This document shows positions 49,419 through 62,093 of a stretch of 64,000 bases of DNA, piece by piece. A model generated the notes under the pieces. That model did no database searches, was not told the DNA's origin, and was given only the letters and a program-made list of their open reading frames with translations. How positions within the stretch are numbered: the first letter of the stretch is position 1; every line of letters begins with the position of its first letter. The stretch comes from Lepidodermella squamata (Eukaryota > Animalia > Gastrotricha), in NCBI GenBank assembly GCA_047495785.1, contig JBLDXI010000017.1, positions 124,001 to 188,000 of the forward strand. The letters are read 5' to 3'. Both the position numbers and the translations under genes were made by a program.

Positions 49419-51083
49419 TCAAGGAAGCGGCTTTTCTTCGGCAATTTTCATCGGTTCTTCAGGAATATCAGGCGGAGGAGGTGGTGGTGGGTCTCGATAG
49501 TACAGCAGAAATGCTTCCAAACTATTCGGAAGTTCAAGATCGTGGATTTTCTCGTGCAAAAATCGTGAAAGACGTCGCCCAGTAGTCTCAACGGGTGGTT
49601 TTTCCTTCGCTGGACTCGATAGTTGAGAACTCGGCCCTGAACCGGTTGTTTCCTTCTGCTTTTTCGCCTCTTCGACTGTTGAATGAGACGAAACTCGACG
49701 CCGCCGGCGGTTCGGGCTCGAGGTTTGGTCTTCTGGACCATTCTCATCACGACGTGCCTGCGTCATTCGACGAGATTCTAACAATAAACGCAATAAGTTT
49801 GGCAACTGAGGGCGAGTCTGGCCCGCCTCGTTAGAAGAAGTGTTACCCGCCTGTTCAGCTTGCTCGAGTTCCTGAACTTCTTCTCCTTCTTCGTCTCCTT
49901 CTTCTCCTCCTTGATCTTCTTCAACCGATTCTGCAGACGATTCGTGAGCTTCACGAGCTGGCTCGACTTCATCTGCTTCTTCTTCACTCGAAGAAGCATT
50001 TTCCGAGATTATGACTACACCGAAATTATTTCCAATTGAAAGATACCGAGTTCTTCTCCGCCGCGGTCTCTGCCGTTCTTCTGCGATACCATTTTCACTC
50101 TCGATAGTTTGATTTTCATCTTCGTCGTCCTCCTCTCGTCCTCGCTTGTTCTTCTGTGCTTCGCGGTCGAATTTCCGTTTCTGTAGCAGATCCGGATTCT
50201 GAGCAGTCAGATTATTGCGAATGTGGCGTCGGATGACCACTCGACACGCTTGCTGAAGACTTAGAGGCATGATATCGGGTAATACTGGGACTCGGTCGCG
50301 AATGGCTGGCAATATAGTATTAGCGCCAATTTGAGGAGGTTCGAAAGAAGCGTTTGAATCATCAGAATCGGACCCAGTTCCATCTTGATTGTCAACGGGC
50401 GGTTCAGAAGGTTTAGGAGTAATCAGGCTAGCGAAAGAAACAGGCATCCGATCCTTATGCGACCAGGTTAGGCCATCTTCCGACAACCTAAATTGCACTA
50501 ATCGATCGGAAACTGGGACGACAAGAATGCCACCAGGTTTGAGTAACGCTTTCAATTTCCCGAGTTGGCCTTCAGGACAAGCAGCGCCGCAATAAATCCG
50601 ATCATAACGCTGACGAGATGAGCAAAGCAAGCAATTACCCACAACAAAAATCGGCTGACAAATGTCATCCAACTCGTCATAGGAATCTGCCTTAAGAATG
50701 AAAGAATTTAAACGCTGCGATGCATATTTGACGACATCAGGGTGCAATTCGACGCCGTGATTCACTCCGTAGGGTCCCAGGGCAATCCCGACCATTGTCG
50801 AGAGGTAGCCCGTGCCTGAGCCGAGATTTAGGAAAGACAAACCAGGTCTCAATTCCAAAGCTTCCAAGACTTCTGAGTAAATGCATGGGGCTGACATGTG
50901 GATATTTCCAGAGCGCCACGCAGTGTCTCGATAAGCTTGCTCAGCATGATCTGGCAGAAAGTAATGGCCACGATCGACCGCTCGAAACAAGCTCTCCACC
51001 AAATCAGATTTGATATAATTTCCTTCAGCAAGCTTATCGGTCAAGTCATCATTGTCTTTGCCAGTTGAAACAGCTCCTCCCAT
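49419..51083 (-). CDS. PCMTD1: Protein-L-isoaspartate O-methyltransferase domain-containing protein (PCMTD1/2), single coding exon
   Basis: MGGAVSTGKDNDDL; HMSAPCIYSEVLEALELRPGLSFLNLGSGTGYLST; YDRIYCGA; BC-box PLSLQQACRVVIR and Cul5-box-like LELPNSLEAFLLYYR. Confidence 0.95.
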   Translation of the reverse strand: MGGAVSTGKDNDDLTDKLAEGNYIKSDLVESLFRAVDRGHYFLPDHAEQAYRDTAWRSGNIHMSAPCIYSEVLEALELRPGLSFLNLGSGTGYLSTMVGIALGPYGVNHGVELHPDVVKYASQRLNSFILKADSYDELDDICQPIFVVGNCLLCSSRQRYDRIYCGAACPEGQLGKLKALLKPGGILVVPVSDRLVQFRLSEDGLTWSHKDRMPVSFASLITPKPSEPPVDNQDGTGSDSDDSNASFEPPQIGANTILPAIRDRVPVLPDIMPLSLQQACRVVIRRHIRNNLTAQNPDLLQKRKFDREAQKNKRGREEDDEDENQTIESENGIAEERQRPRRRRTRYLSIGNNFGVVIISENASSSEEEADEVEPAREAHESSAESVEEDQGGEEGDEEGEEVQELEQAEQAGNTSSNEAGQTRPQLPNLLRLLLESRRMTQARRDENGPEDQTSSPNRRRRRVSSHSTVEEAKKQKETTGSGPSSQLSSPAKEKPPVETTGRRLSRFLHEKIHDLELPNSLEAFLLYYRDPPPPPPPDIPEEPMKIAEEKPLP

Positions 51084-51831
51084 GTTAATATCTAAAAAAG
51101 GCAGATAATCGAACACTGTCACATATCAGTTAATAAAACTAAAATGAAGGGTGAAGGATTTCGAAAGCCGACCTAAGAACAGACGAGAGTAAAATCCAAA
51201 CAGCCTACTACGTAAGTAACCAGGAATAGACTCAATCACATATAAATATAAATAGGTCATCGTCGTCATTTGAGGTCAGTTTGATCGGGTCATCGTCGCG
51301 ATTTTTTGGCAAAAAAAACTTTCCTTTATTTTTAGAAAAATATTATTTTTCAGAAGAAGCTTTCATCTCGAGCTAAACAGTTTAAAAAATGTTTTTCAAA
51401 CTTTTCGAATAGTTTTGTTAATTTATATCTGTGAAAATCATGCCAGCATTTATTTGGCGCTTCTTTTGTGCCCGTTTAATGTTTTGAAGTACGCGCCATT
51501 TCAGAAGTGCAGGTCATGTCCGCAGTGTTGGCTGTTGGTTGTCACAGTGCGTTTGAAGTCCGAGAAAGTGTTGCAAAACTTGTCAACAGTTCTGCCCTTT
51601 CATATTTTTCAGTTTTTTGACTTCGTATTTTCGGATGCCATCTTGGTGGGAGTCTGTTACAATAAGGGATATGGGATTTTTTATTTTTTTGACTACTTAT
51701 TTTCCTGTCTTAAATGTCTACGCTTTTATCATTTTTGATTTTGAAGTTCCGAATCGTCACTGCTAACCCTAATATCCCCCTCTTATCTCAGAAGCATTCA
51801 GAATTTTTCTCTTTTTTTAGAGATTTTTCAA

Positions 51832-53466
51832 ATGTCCTCTGAAGAAACTGTATCCTCTACAACAAAGGATATGGCTCCTATGCTCGAGGGCTACCCTGTT
51901 GAGGTTATACGTTCCACCGAAGGTCACGGCTACGAGCTTAATGTTGCAGACTTAGAGGCATTGCTTACTAATCCAGCTATTCGCAATAAACCAGTTGTAA
52001 TTGTGTCCGTTGCTGGTGCCTTTAGAAAGGGCAAGTCATTCATGCTCGACTTTTTCTTGCGATTCCTCGAAGCAGAAGATCCCGAACAATGGCTTGGCTC
52101 GCCCGACGCGCCGCTGGAAGGTTTTCACTGGCGGGGAGGCGTCGAACGAGACACCGCTGGTATTCTGCTGTGGAGCAAACCCTTCATCAAGAAAACCAGC
52201 AAGGGAGAAACAGTCGTATTGCTTATGGACACTCAAGGGGCGTTCGACTGCGACTCTACCGTTAAAGACTGCGCTACAGTTTTCGCTCTGGCCACCATGA
52301 TAGCTTCTATTCAAATTTACAATCTTCAAGGCAATCTTCAGGAAAACGACCTTCAGCACCTTCAGCTGTTTACTGAGTACGGCAGGATCGCTCTGGCGGA
52401 AGTCGACAACAAACCTTTTCAAAAACTTGTTTTTCTCATTCGTGATTGGCCTGTGCCGTACGAGTATGATTATGGCTGGGAAGGTGGCAGCAAACTTCTC
52501 GAGAAGAAACTTTCTATCGAAGAGCGTCACAAAGAGCTTCAAAGCGTACGCTCCCATATCAAGACATGCTTTGAATCGACAGCTTGCTTTTTGATGCCTC
52601 ATCCCGGCCGGGTCGTAGCAACTAGCCCTCAGTTCAAAGGTCAGCTTCGGGATATCGACCCCGAATTTATCCAGAATTTGAATGTTTTCGTTCCTGGAAT
52701 TCTGGGGTCTGAAAACTTGGTACCGAAAGAGATAAACGGAAGCACGCTAACTTGCGATGACTTGTTTCATTACTTCAAAGCCTATTCTAAAGTCTTCCAA
52801 GGCACTGATTTGCCTGAGCCGAAGAGCATCTTACATGCCACAGCTGAGGCTAACAATCTAGCGGCATTGAATGCTGCGAAAAAGAAATACACCGAGGAAA
52901 TGGAGGTCATGGTTGGCGGATCGAAGCCGTATCTGAACCCCGAACTCTTGAAACGAGAGCATGAAACTCTATCGAAAGAAACTCGAAAAGTATTCAATGG
53001 CGTGAAGAAAATGGGCGGCAAGGAGTTCAGCCAAGCGTACGAAGACGAGCTCGATCAATTCATCGCCGATCGCTTCGTCGAGTATCAGAAGCAGAATGAA
53101 GGCAAAAATATTTTCGGTGGTCTCAAAGTTCCGATTGTTTTGATATTTCTCGCATTTATCTGCCACATCGCTGTCGGCATTTTGATTTTCGTCCGCTTGC
53201 CGACCATTGTTTACATGCCGTTCAATTTGATCTTCTGGGTGTCGCTCGGTCTCTTGTGTACTTGGGTCTATGTTAAATACAGTGGAAATTATCCAGAAAT
53301 TGGCGCTAACATTGAGCAATTAGTCGAGATGCTGATACAAAACGTGAGTGAAGAATTTTTTTAATGAATTTCTGTTAATTTTTTTTAATTTCAGTATTCG
53401 AGCATTATAACGGGCAATGTAATTGTCGCGAATCGTAACCCGATAGCTCATCGTCACGCGGATTGA
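51832..53466 (+). CDS. ATL: Atlastin (ER-fusion dynamin-like GTPase)
   Basis: P-loop GAFRKGKSFMLDF, GFHWRGG.ERDT.GI, LLMDTQGAFD, FLIRDW, and a two-TM hairpin. Intron 53344-53394; last exon ends TGA 53464-53466. Confidence 0.96.
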
Positions 53467-54186
53467 AGACGCGAAAAAACTCGCCGTAGCAGTCCTTCGA
53501 TTTGCCAGCTTCTTCTGTTGTTTTATCTTACCGCGGCTGAAATTCCAAACACGCTGAGCTGAATTTAACAATTTGGGTTCAACTATCGGTCTTTGCCTCT
53601 CCACGTCATTTTCATTTTTCTCGTGCCTCGTTTTTCGTCTCAGTTTTCTTGTCTTCTGTTTTTTCGCTCCGTTTTTTTGAAACCGATGAGCGGCCGTATT
53701 ATAATTAGAGATTTGCATGTTTTGATAGCTATGGATGAATGTGCCTTGAAAAGGGGAAAAACTCGTGCGATTGAAGGTGCTTGCTCTAAAGTACAGATAA
53801 CTATATCCACTGGCATGTCCAAGAGTGCTAAGAAAACCCGTGTGTGGTTACCTCTAGTTGGAAAAATTGAAAACCAGTGAAAAATCACGATCCTTTAGAC
53901 ATTTATCGCGCTTTTTTCTATATTTCTGTATTCGAGAATTTTCATCTATCGTATAAATGTTAATAGAGAAAACAGTAGAACATATTGAAATAGATATATA
54001 TGGTGTCGAGGCGATGAATGATATAATCATGAGTGGTTACAACTGTTTAGTCTCTGACGTTTTTTTTGATGAAAATTTGACGGTCAAAACAAGTGAAAAT
54101 AAAACCTATAATGTGGAAATTTCGTTGCTTTGATTTTTAGCGGGCAGCATTCGATAAATTGCTGATTTGCTGCTGGATCGGGCGCC

Positions 54187-57100
54187 TTACTCGTCCCGGT
54201 TGTTTCGCTTGAGTCCTATGTAAAATAAATAATTATGCAAACAAGAAATGAACAAGAAAATGGCTAACACAAGAGTTCTAGTGATGGAAAGAGCCGCCAT
54301 GTAACCTCCGAAAACGAAATTTCCGCCCAGCGATTGGCCCGGAGGACTCGTTGGGTCGAAATATAGGCCTGCAATTGCGGTCCCTTGTTCCCCAGCTGCT
54401 GTAGTCGATGGAGCAGATGCCGGAGCGTTGAATGAGGGAGGGGGCGGAGCTAAGGCCGAAGCTGTGGCTGTAGTAGTTGTCATCCCTATCAACGTCTTCC
54501 CAGTCTCCTCTTTCGTCAAAGCGTTCTCTTTAAAGCCCATGGCTTGAATTTCTTCAGATGTGAGAGGCAGCGGGACCATGTGAAGAGCGGATGAGATTTT
54601 GTGCGTTGGCCTTGGCGGTTCGACAACCGTAACCGCGGCTCCATCATTAGAGGGTGGGTTTGCTGAATTATCGGTAGCACCAGGTAATTGCGGTGGCGGG
54701 TTTCCACCAGCACCAGGTGTTGTGAGTAGACCCGGCTGATTCTGCGGCTGAGATTGCTCTGGATTAGCGGGCGGCTGTTGCGCCGGATCGGCCGTTATAG
54801 TAATTTTTGGACCCTGGGCAACAACACTTATTTCATTTATTTCTTGCATCACAGACTGCAGAAACTGCTCGCCATAGGTGCTGTTTGGGGTGTTGCGGAT
54901 AGCTAGCATAATTGTTTGAACTTGGGGTACTATAAGAGCGATAAAAACTAAATTATATCATTCCTTATATAAACAAAACTCACGCTTAGCAGCATGAATT
55001 GAAGCTTGATACATCTTCAAACCAACAGTGTTTTGTTTTAGCGAAGTAACAAAATTAGGCGGGGCTGGGCTTAGCGATGAACGGCGACTACTGGCTCCCG
55101 AGGCGATCGAGTGTCTCGACCCGTGAAGTCGGCTCTTTCCACCCAGAAAATTCGCTGTGGTGTTGGTAGTAGTAGTAGTAGCCGTAGTCATATTACTAGC
55201 TCGACGGTCTTCCTTCTCCTTAGCAGCTTTATCTTTATCTTTATCTTTATCCTTATGCTTACTCTCCTTTTCGTGCTCAACAGGCATTTGAAGGAATTTG
55301 CCTTTACCTTTTGACGGGCCAGGAGCGGCCAGTGCTTCCTTCTTATCACCCTTTCCTTTCCCTGCTTTCGTAACAGAGGCTTCGGCAGTGACCTTCTTTG
55401 ATTGTTTATGCGAAGTTACATATGTGGCACCACCATCGGAAGAATCATCGTCACCGTCAGAGCTCGCAGGAGGAGCGATCGAGGATCGGCGGGATCTATT
55501 CGCTTCCGAACCCGCCGGGGATTTCGCGCCATCATCAGGGTCTGTTTTTAATTGTTCAGGCCTTGGCACAAAGCTTGGCGTAGCGTTGAACCACACGAAA
55601 TGCCCGCTTTCCGCAGCGAAACAAACCATGTCTAAAATATCACCGCTCCTCGCTTTTACCAGGGGATGATTGTGAATGGGAGGGACATCGTTCGGGTGAT
55701 GGCCGTAGAACATTTCGTCAGCGACTTCTACGTCAGATGAAACATCTCCGAAGACAAGCACGACTTTGACAGATTTAAAGCGCTCGTCATCCAACACAGC
55801 TGTTGTGAATTCTTCATCATTGAGCTCTATGCTTTTAATGACTTCGGTACTCGCACGTTCGGCTGCAATAGCTTCGATGCGCCTGCGAGCCACCTTGCTG
55901 AAACATCCTAGTCCATAGACGAAAACTGATTCCAGAGGGCCCATGGGAAGAGATGCTTGCATTCTGATGACGTGAAGCAGTCTAACCAGGCCTGAAAGTT
56001 GGTTTGGGGTAGTTAGACCTGTCACAACGAAGCTCACAGGAACATGGGGCATTTCAACCTCAGCTCCAGGAATCGGGACAACTGGCGCAACTGTTTGACC
56101 AACATGAGCAGTTGGCAGGAAATTAATAGCAGCGTAGAGAGCGAATGCTGAAAATCTGTCTTGGCATCGGTAGCTGAGTTTAACGGCTGCGGAAAGGTTC
56201 ACGGATTGGACCGTCACCTCTTTAGCCGGTTTGACTGGATCTTCTTGCTCGGTTTTAGTTTCTTTAATATGAACTATCACGTGATGAGTTTCCTCATCTT
56301 CCTCCTCATCCTCCTCAGCTAACGTAGACATTTTACCGTCACTCTTAGTCGACGCCTGCGTTAAATGTTTCTCCAGGAGTTGATGAGTTTCCAACATAAT
56401 AGAATCGAGCATAACTTGCCGCGAAACGCAATCGGCTGGAATCGTCAGTGCGAATCTGAGGTTCTTCTCTCGCGGCAAAAAGTTGGCACCAGTTGGCTTG
56501 GGATGCTCGTTTCCATGATCACGAGAAAATACGGACACAAAATTGCGCTTTGCAGCCGCTTCTTCAGCAGCTAGGGCGACCAAAGCTTCGTTTTTGCTGA
56601 ACATGAAATTCTGGAGAAAGTCAGCGCCGAGAGATTCACAAATGAAAAGCTGAGCGTCTTGAAATCTACAGAAAAAATAGTGTTTATTGCTTTTATTTTG
56701 CTTTGGTTTGCTAACTCATCAGGCAGTAGTAGATAGACCATCCCATCCCGTTTACCCGATATCGCGGATTGTTCTATCGAAATCTTCGACTGTTCTTCCT
56801 CGGTCAGCATCAGTGAAATCTGCCGAACTTGTGCTCCAATGTGGAGCTTTGCGAAAGCAGCACAAATCTTGACGCGGGCTCCAGTGATATACTTCCTAGC
56901 GATCTAAATAACCAAATATTCTGATCTTGATCAAGAATTCTGGGTTACTTACCTGAACTGCTTCGTATTTAGGCTCCAGTTCAGCCTGAGGCCGAACCAC
57001 GAAATCGCTTTCGTAGTAGTACAGGGCAAGAATTGCGAAAATATAGAAATCTTCGTCAGAATAACCACAATCTGAAGGAGCGCGTACTACGAGCCTCTCA

Positions 57101-58085
57101 TCGTGAGATCTCTCATCAGGGTGCTCAGGGTCAACTGGTTCCTTTACCTCCTCGAACAGCTTAGCTTTGCATAGCGCCTTAGCCACGATTTTCTCGTCTG
57201 AATTAGATCATAATTATGGATATAAACAATTAAATTTGTCTGAATGCTTACAAATTCGAGATTTGATTAGCAATCGTAACACCTCGTGCTTCTCCTTCAG
57301 ATTCAAGTCATCGAGCTCCATGACGATACCGGTAATATGGGAAAATGCCATGGTATCAACAGCGTTGAGATTCACGTGCTTGAACTGGGATTCTCCTAGA
57401 GTTGCCTCATTCAGCATGGCCTTCATGAAGGCTGGCGGCATAACACTGCTACGTCTGCGGGACATATCAACAGGTGCGTTAGAATCGATCCATTTTCCGA
57501 TGTCTCCAACAGATTTTAAGCTAGACATACGACGGTTGGGCAACGCAGCGTTAGCTTGGCGACGATCTACAGGTGGCGGCTCTTCGTGTTTTACTACGTT
57601 GGGCGGGGTTGAGGGATGAGCTTTGAGTGAAATGATTGAATCACTTCGTATCTATTGAAACATTCTAAATTTGGTTTAGAAATATAATAATAGCTTACGT
57701 GAGTATCATGGGGCTCAGGGCTAGCACTAGACAGGATGAACGTTGGCATTGGCACGGAGATTGTTGTTCCTCCCTTGCTCTCAGTTTCGTGATGGTAATC
57801 TTCTTCCTCTTCTATCACAATCGCGATCGAACTTCGCTGCATATCCCCAGTCTGCCGTCCTTCTGATGAAGAAACCGTTGATAGAGTCTTCTGCTGGATT
57901 TCCCCCTCCAATACATCATGCTTCGGCCCACCGTCCTCCAAAACCTTCCATAGCTCATTAAGAAGTTTGTCATTGAACAGCAACCGGCGGCAGCTATAAA
58001 TTCGGTACAAATCGGCGGTGCATTGCACTATCTTATCCGCAATGTTTGCATGGATTTTACGCAGCGTGTAGGCTTGTTGTGGCAT
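54187..58085 (-). CDS. Large multi-exon protein of unknown function (>1100 aa; 3' end uncertain)
   Basis: A chain of same-strand ORFs (163, 109, 96, 79, 548, 240 aa) separated by short AT-rich gaps with GT..AG ends. Low-complexity Lys/Asp, Thr and Pro/Gln tracts. No family recognised. Confidence 0.7.
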
Positions 58086-58285
58086 CTCCTTATGCGTTTA
58101 TCGAAAGCGGAAAACGGAGAATGCGTCATGTGAATGGGAATGAGAGGAAGTAAGCTCTCGGTCAATCTGCAATCAGGTCACGCAATCATTAGGTGCCATA
58201 GCAACGCGTCTTGCTATATCGCTGAAATGACTCGATCGCGAGATGGGAGCCACCTTTAATCTGTTGTTTTTATTTACGCGCTCAT

Positions 58286-59559
58286 TTACTCAGAGAGGAG
58301 CAATGCGAAACAGAGGACATTGATAAACGCAAACAACCCAAGGGAAACTGCAAATGCAACAAGATCCATGAACGAGATTATAAAGAAGGTCATTTTACAA
58401 AATTGAATTTTTCGCTTAGCGAATTTAGCGTTATCGGCCAAACGACATGAAATGAGTGAGTAGACGGTTATGAAAACTCCTAGAGATATTTGAACAGTGA
58501 AATTCACCGCGAGATACATAACTTCAGATGTTTTAGGCAGTGTCGTTGTCAAAACTCCAAGTAAAACACTGCTGGCCAGAAATGCCGTAGTCGACATAGC
58601 AGCGCGATCAGGCATATGAGCGGGCATGGCAAACACACTCAACTGCAGAACATTCAGCAAAGCCATTGGGGCAAAAATCGTCCCGTAGTAGCATTGCGGT
58701 TTTCGTTGGAAGTTGAAAATAAGTCGGACTGCTGTGGAATTCAGCGTATCCAATGTTGACTTGGTCTCCGTCGACAGTAGCCTCCAAATCGCGCTTGGTG
58801 AAAAAACTTGAGTACCCCCTATAAGGGGCATGATTATCTCAGGCTTTAAAAAGACAAAATCTGGCTGTGTTTGCCAAGCATTTGCAGCTAATTCGATATA
58901 ACAGGTTTGCTTATCGAATGGGAATCTAAAGGAACACGGAAAAATAATAATTTCCCTTAAAATGTGAGTAGAAATCCTTACTTGGTGAAAGCCATCGTGC
59001 AAGATGAGTCATATTGACCATTCTTAGCAGAAACGTCCAACATGGCCGAACCAGAGAGAACGGCGAAAGGGCTCATCTTATCTAGCGCACTTTCTTCCCC
59101 AACTCGATTAGAGTGTTCAATATCAGGCAGCCAGAGTGAATCAGTCCTGTATTTACAGTAGAAAGGAGTGTATGATTGCAGAGCCGATGTGCCCGGACTG
59201 TCTTCATCCTCTATAATAGAGGCTACGTCAGTCCGATTGTATTCATAGAACTTATCCCAGTCAGCACAGAATGGCATCGCCCAGCTCATTCTCAGTCGGC
59301 CCTGCATTGAGAACCTTTGAGCCAAGTCATCGAGGCCGACGAAACTTGTAGGAAAGAACGAGACCTGAACTTTAACTTTCTCGGTCAATCGCTGCACCGG
59401 CATTGCGGTCGTACTTCGAAGATACGGACATCTCTTAGCAATCGCATCACAATATGCGTCCAATTTCGTAGGTTCATCCTCAACGAACTCCTCTGCCGAG
59501 TCCAGGCTACATTTTGAGATCCTTAAAATGGCTTCGAAAATGAAGAAAGTCAAAATCAT
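58286..59559 (-). CDS. Divergent Cys-loop ligand-gated ion channel subunit (array gene 5; one intron, 58926-58981)
   Basis: Signal peptide, LWLPDI, Cys-loop CTMAFTK|FPFDKQTC (C-x13-C), pre-M1 FQRK, four TM segments. Confidence 0.9.
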
Positions 59560-59591
59560 GTTAATAGTTTTATTCGAGAAAAAGCTTCTAG

Positions 59592-60743
59592 CTATTTTGA
59601 GATTGATGCCAGAGCGTTTTGTCTAGCTGACTCCATGTTTAACAGGAAATACAGATTGCCTGCGATGAAAAACGCTGCAAACACGCAGAAAACAATTAAA
59701 TCGAGGAAATTGATCAGCATCCAGTCGGTTTCGCCTACGATTTTTTTCAGCTTCGAGTTCGGCTTGCCAACCAAACGACACATGACTATTGTGTACACTG
59801 TGATCAGCATTCCAACTGAGGATTGCGTTGTTATACTTTGGAAAATGTAAATAAAGTCGGGAGAGGCTGGTATGCTCGTTTGAAGAACAACGATTAAGAA
59901 TACAAAGCATAGAAAAACAGTTGCTGAGATGTTGCAGCGGTCCAATTGTTCAGCTGGCATTGCAAGGGCACTTAGAAGCAGAACTTCCAGAAGAATCATC
60001 GGGACGAAAATTACGCTGTAGTAGCATTCAGACTTCCGGCTCACTGTGAAGCTGAATCTTACACCCTTCTGGTGAGAAAGGGCTGTTAAAATTGAACGTG
60101 AGAAATATTCGAACTTCCAGGAACTTTGCGGTGAGAAAATTCGGGCAACGCCTTCCTGTGTAACAGTTTCATTGCCAAACCTGAAGTCCATCTCATCGAG
60201 ATCCCAAGGGTTCGCAACCACGATTTCGATATAGCATGTCTGAACATCCACCGGGAAATACGTGAGGTTCAATGCGCAAAATGATGTGTATCGATCGACT
60301 TTCAAGGAAAACAAAAACTCCCCAGTTGACACGAGTGTGATATACTTAGGCAGTGAATCTAGCGGACTTTTTATACCAACTCTATTCGAATGCTCTAGCT
60401 CTGGCAGCCAGAGTCTTGAAGACCGATAGACGCATTTCGAAGGAAGTGAATTATTGATATCGCGCATTTTCTGCCATTCTGCGCATGGCGGCAGTTTCCA
60501 TGATAACGCAAGTTGGCCATCAACTGAGAATCGGAGGGCGAGGTCGTCAATGCCCAGAAAAAATGTTGGAACAAAATCGATGGCCAAATGAATTTTACTC
60601 GCATCAGGAACAGGAGTCGATGTATCGGACCGCAAATACGGGCATTTCTTTGCGAGGCTGTCGCAAAATGGATTTGGAGCTGAAGACAGCTCTGTTTGAG
60701 CAAGAATTAGGAATGAAATTATAAGGGTTTTCTTCTGAATCAT
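59592..60743 (-). CDS. Divergent Cys-loop ligand-gated ion channel subunit (array gene 4; intronless)
   Basis: LWLPEL, CALNLTYFPVDVQTC, VSRK, four TM segments. ATG at 60743. Confidence 0.9.
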   Translation of the reverse strand: MIQKKTLIISFLILAQTELSSAPNPFCDSLAKKCPYLRSDTSTPVPDASKIHLAIDFVPTFFLGIDDLALRFSVDGQLALSWKLPPCAEWQKMRDINNSLPSKCVYRSSRLWLPELEHSNRVGIKSPLDSLPKYITLVSTGEFLFSLKVDRYTSFCALNLTYFPVDVQTCYIEIVVANPWDLDEMDFRFGNETVTQEGVARIFSPQSSWKFEYFSRSILTALSHQKGVRFSFTVSRKSECYYSVIFVPMILLEVLLLSALAMPAEQLDRCNISATVFLCFVFLIVVLQTSIPASPDFIYIFQSITTQSSVGMLITVYTIVMCRLVGKPNSKLKKIVGETDWMLINFLDLIVFCVFAAFFIAGNLYFLLNMESARQNALASISK

Positions 60744-60823
60744 CGCCAATCACTGGAGTTCGAATGGCGTGACAGATAAAACGCAATCAAGTTTTGTTTG
60801 CCTAGCAAACCTCTACCTCTACC

Positions 60824-62093
60824 TCAACGTGCACACAATGCAAAAACCGTTATGTCAATAATCAAGTTTACGGATGCTAAAAAGCTGAAAAATACGATAT
60901 CAACCCAGCGGACTAATCGAAGACGCTGGTTCATCACCGTTGCTGTAGTTTTGGAAAACCGGGGCGATTCAGCTAAGCAAAGAGCTAATAGAGAGTAAAT
61001 CGTGCAGATGACCCCAGAGATCATCTGGAAGGTCATAAAAATGATGATGTAACACAACTCTGCTGATTCAGGTAGACTGCTGCTAACTGAAGATTGAAGT
61101 ACAGTATGAGCTAGGACTACAGTTATACAATAAACCGGACGATCAGGATGAGAAGATGACATAAGCCCACAGCATAGCAAAAGAAACTCTAAAGCTAGGC
61201 TTGGGCAGAGCACAGAGATTAGGAACACTCCAGGTTTCCGTTTGAATCGGAATGTGAACATAGAGCTGTAATAGGTGCTTCCTGTGACATCAGCCAGGTT
61301 TTCGTAGATAACGGTACCGACCGAGTAATTTGTGCTAATCAGGGTCCAAACCGAAGCGGGGCTGATGAAAGTTGAGTCGTTGGGGTGTGCAAGTTGAGTA
61401 AAGCCCTCTTTGCGGAGATATCTCACTTGAGCCACGGATGACCAAGATTCTATCTGTATCGAACACGTTTGCTCATCAAAAGGGTATTTCTTCAGACTGA
61501 AGAGAAGAGAACTGTATTATCCATTTCTTTGAACAATTTAACCTTACTCTAGCCGGCAGAATGATTTAAACGTGAATACCAAAGGTATGTACATGGTACC
61601 ATTTGAGCTGAGGTATATTCTCCCGTGTGACTCCTTGTAATCATCCAACGTAACGGGCTCTTCAAAAGCATTGACGTGTATAAATTTCGGACTCCAGCAT
61701 TCCGATGTCTTGTATTCCAACTGTTGAATCCCAAATTCTGATTCGTTCCAAGACGCACACGGATGAGGCCACTGTAATTCGAATTCGCCCATAACTGAGA
61801 ACCTAAAAGGTGACTAATTGAGGATTTATGACATTAAGCCTTCATTAACAAACATTTGGTCCTTGTCATTGATTTCTCGAAACCGAAACGGGATGAATGT
61901 AATCGTTACGTTGACAATATCGGTAGCTCTAGCAACTGGTCTCTCAAGGCTCCGAACGTAACAGCGGGCCGAAACATCTTTCTTCAGAGCATCTGTTATC
62001 TGTTGCTGGTATATATTTTTTCATAGATGACTGATCTGCCTCAGATGCAAATGCTATCCTAACCAGTAAAGCAAGTAACCATAAGTCGATCAT
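60824..62093 (-). pseudogene. Cys-loop channel subunit (array gene 3) frameshifted by a 7-bp duplication in exon 1
   Basis: Signal MIDLWLLALLVRIAFA. AACAGAT-AACAGAT (plus 61991-62004) shifts frame to an early stop. The remainder (ERPV, CRL|DLKKYPFDEQTC, FKRK, 4 TM) is intact. Confidence 0.75.
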
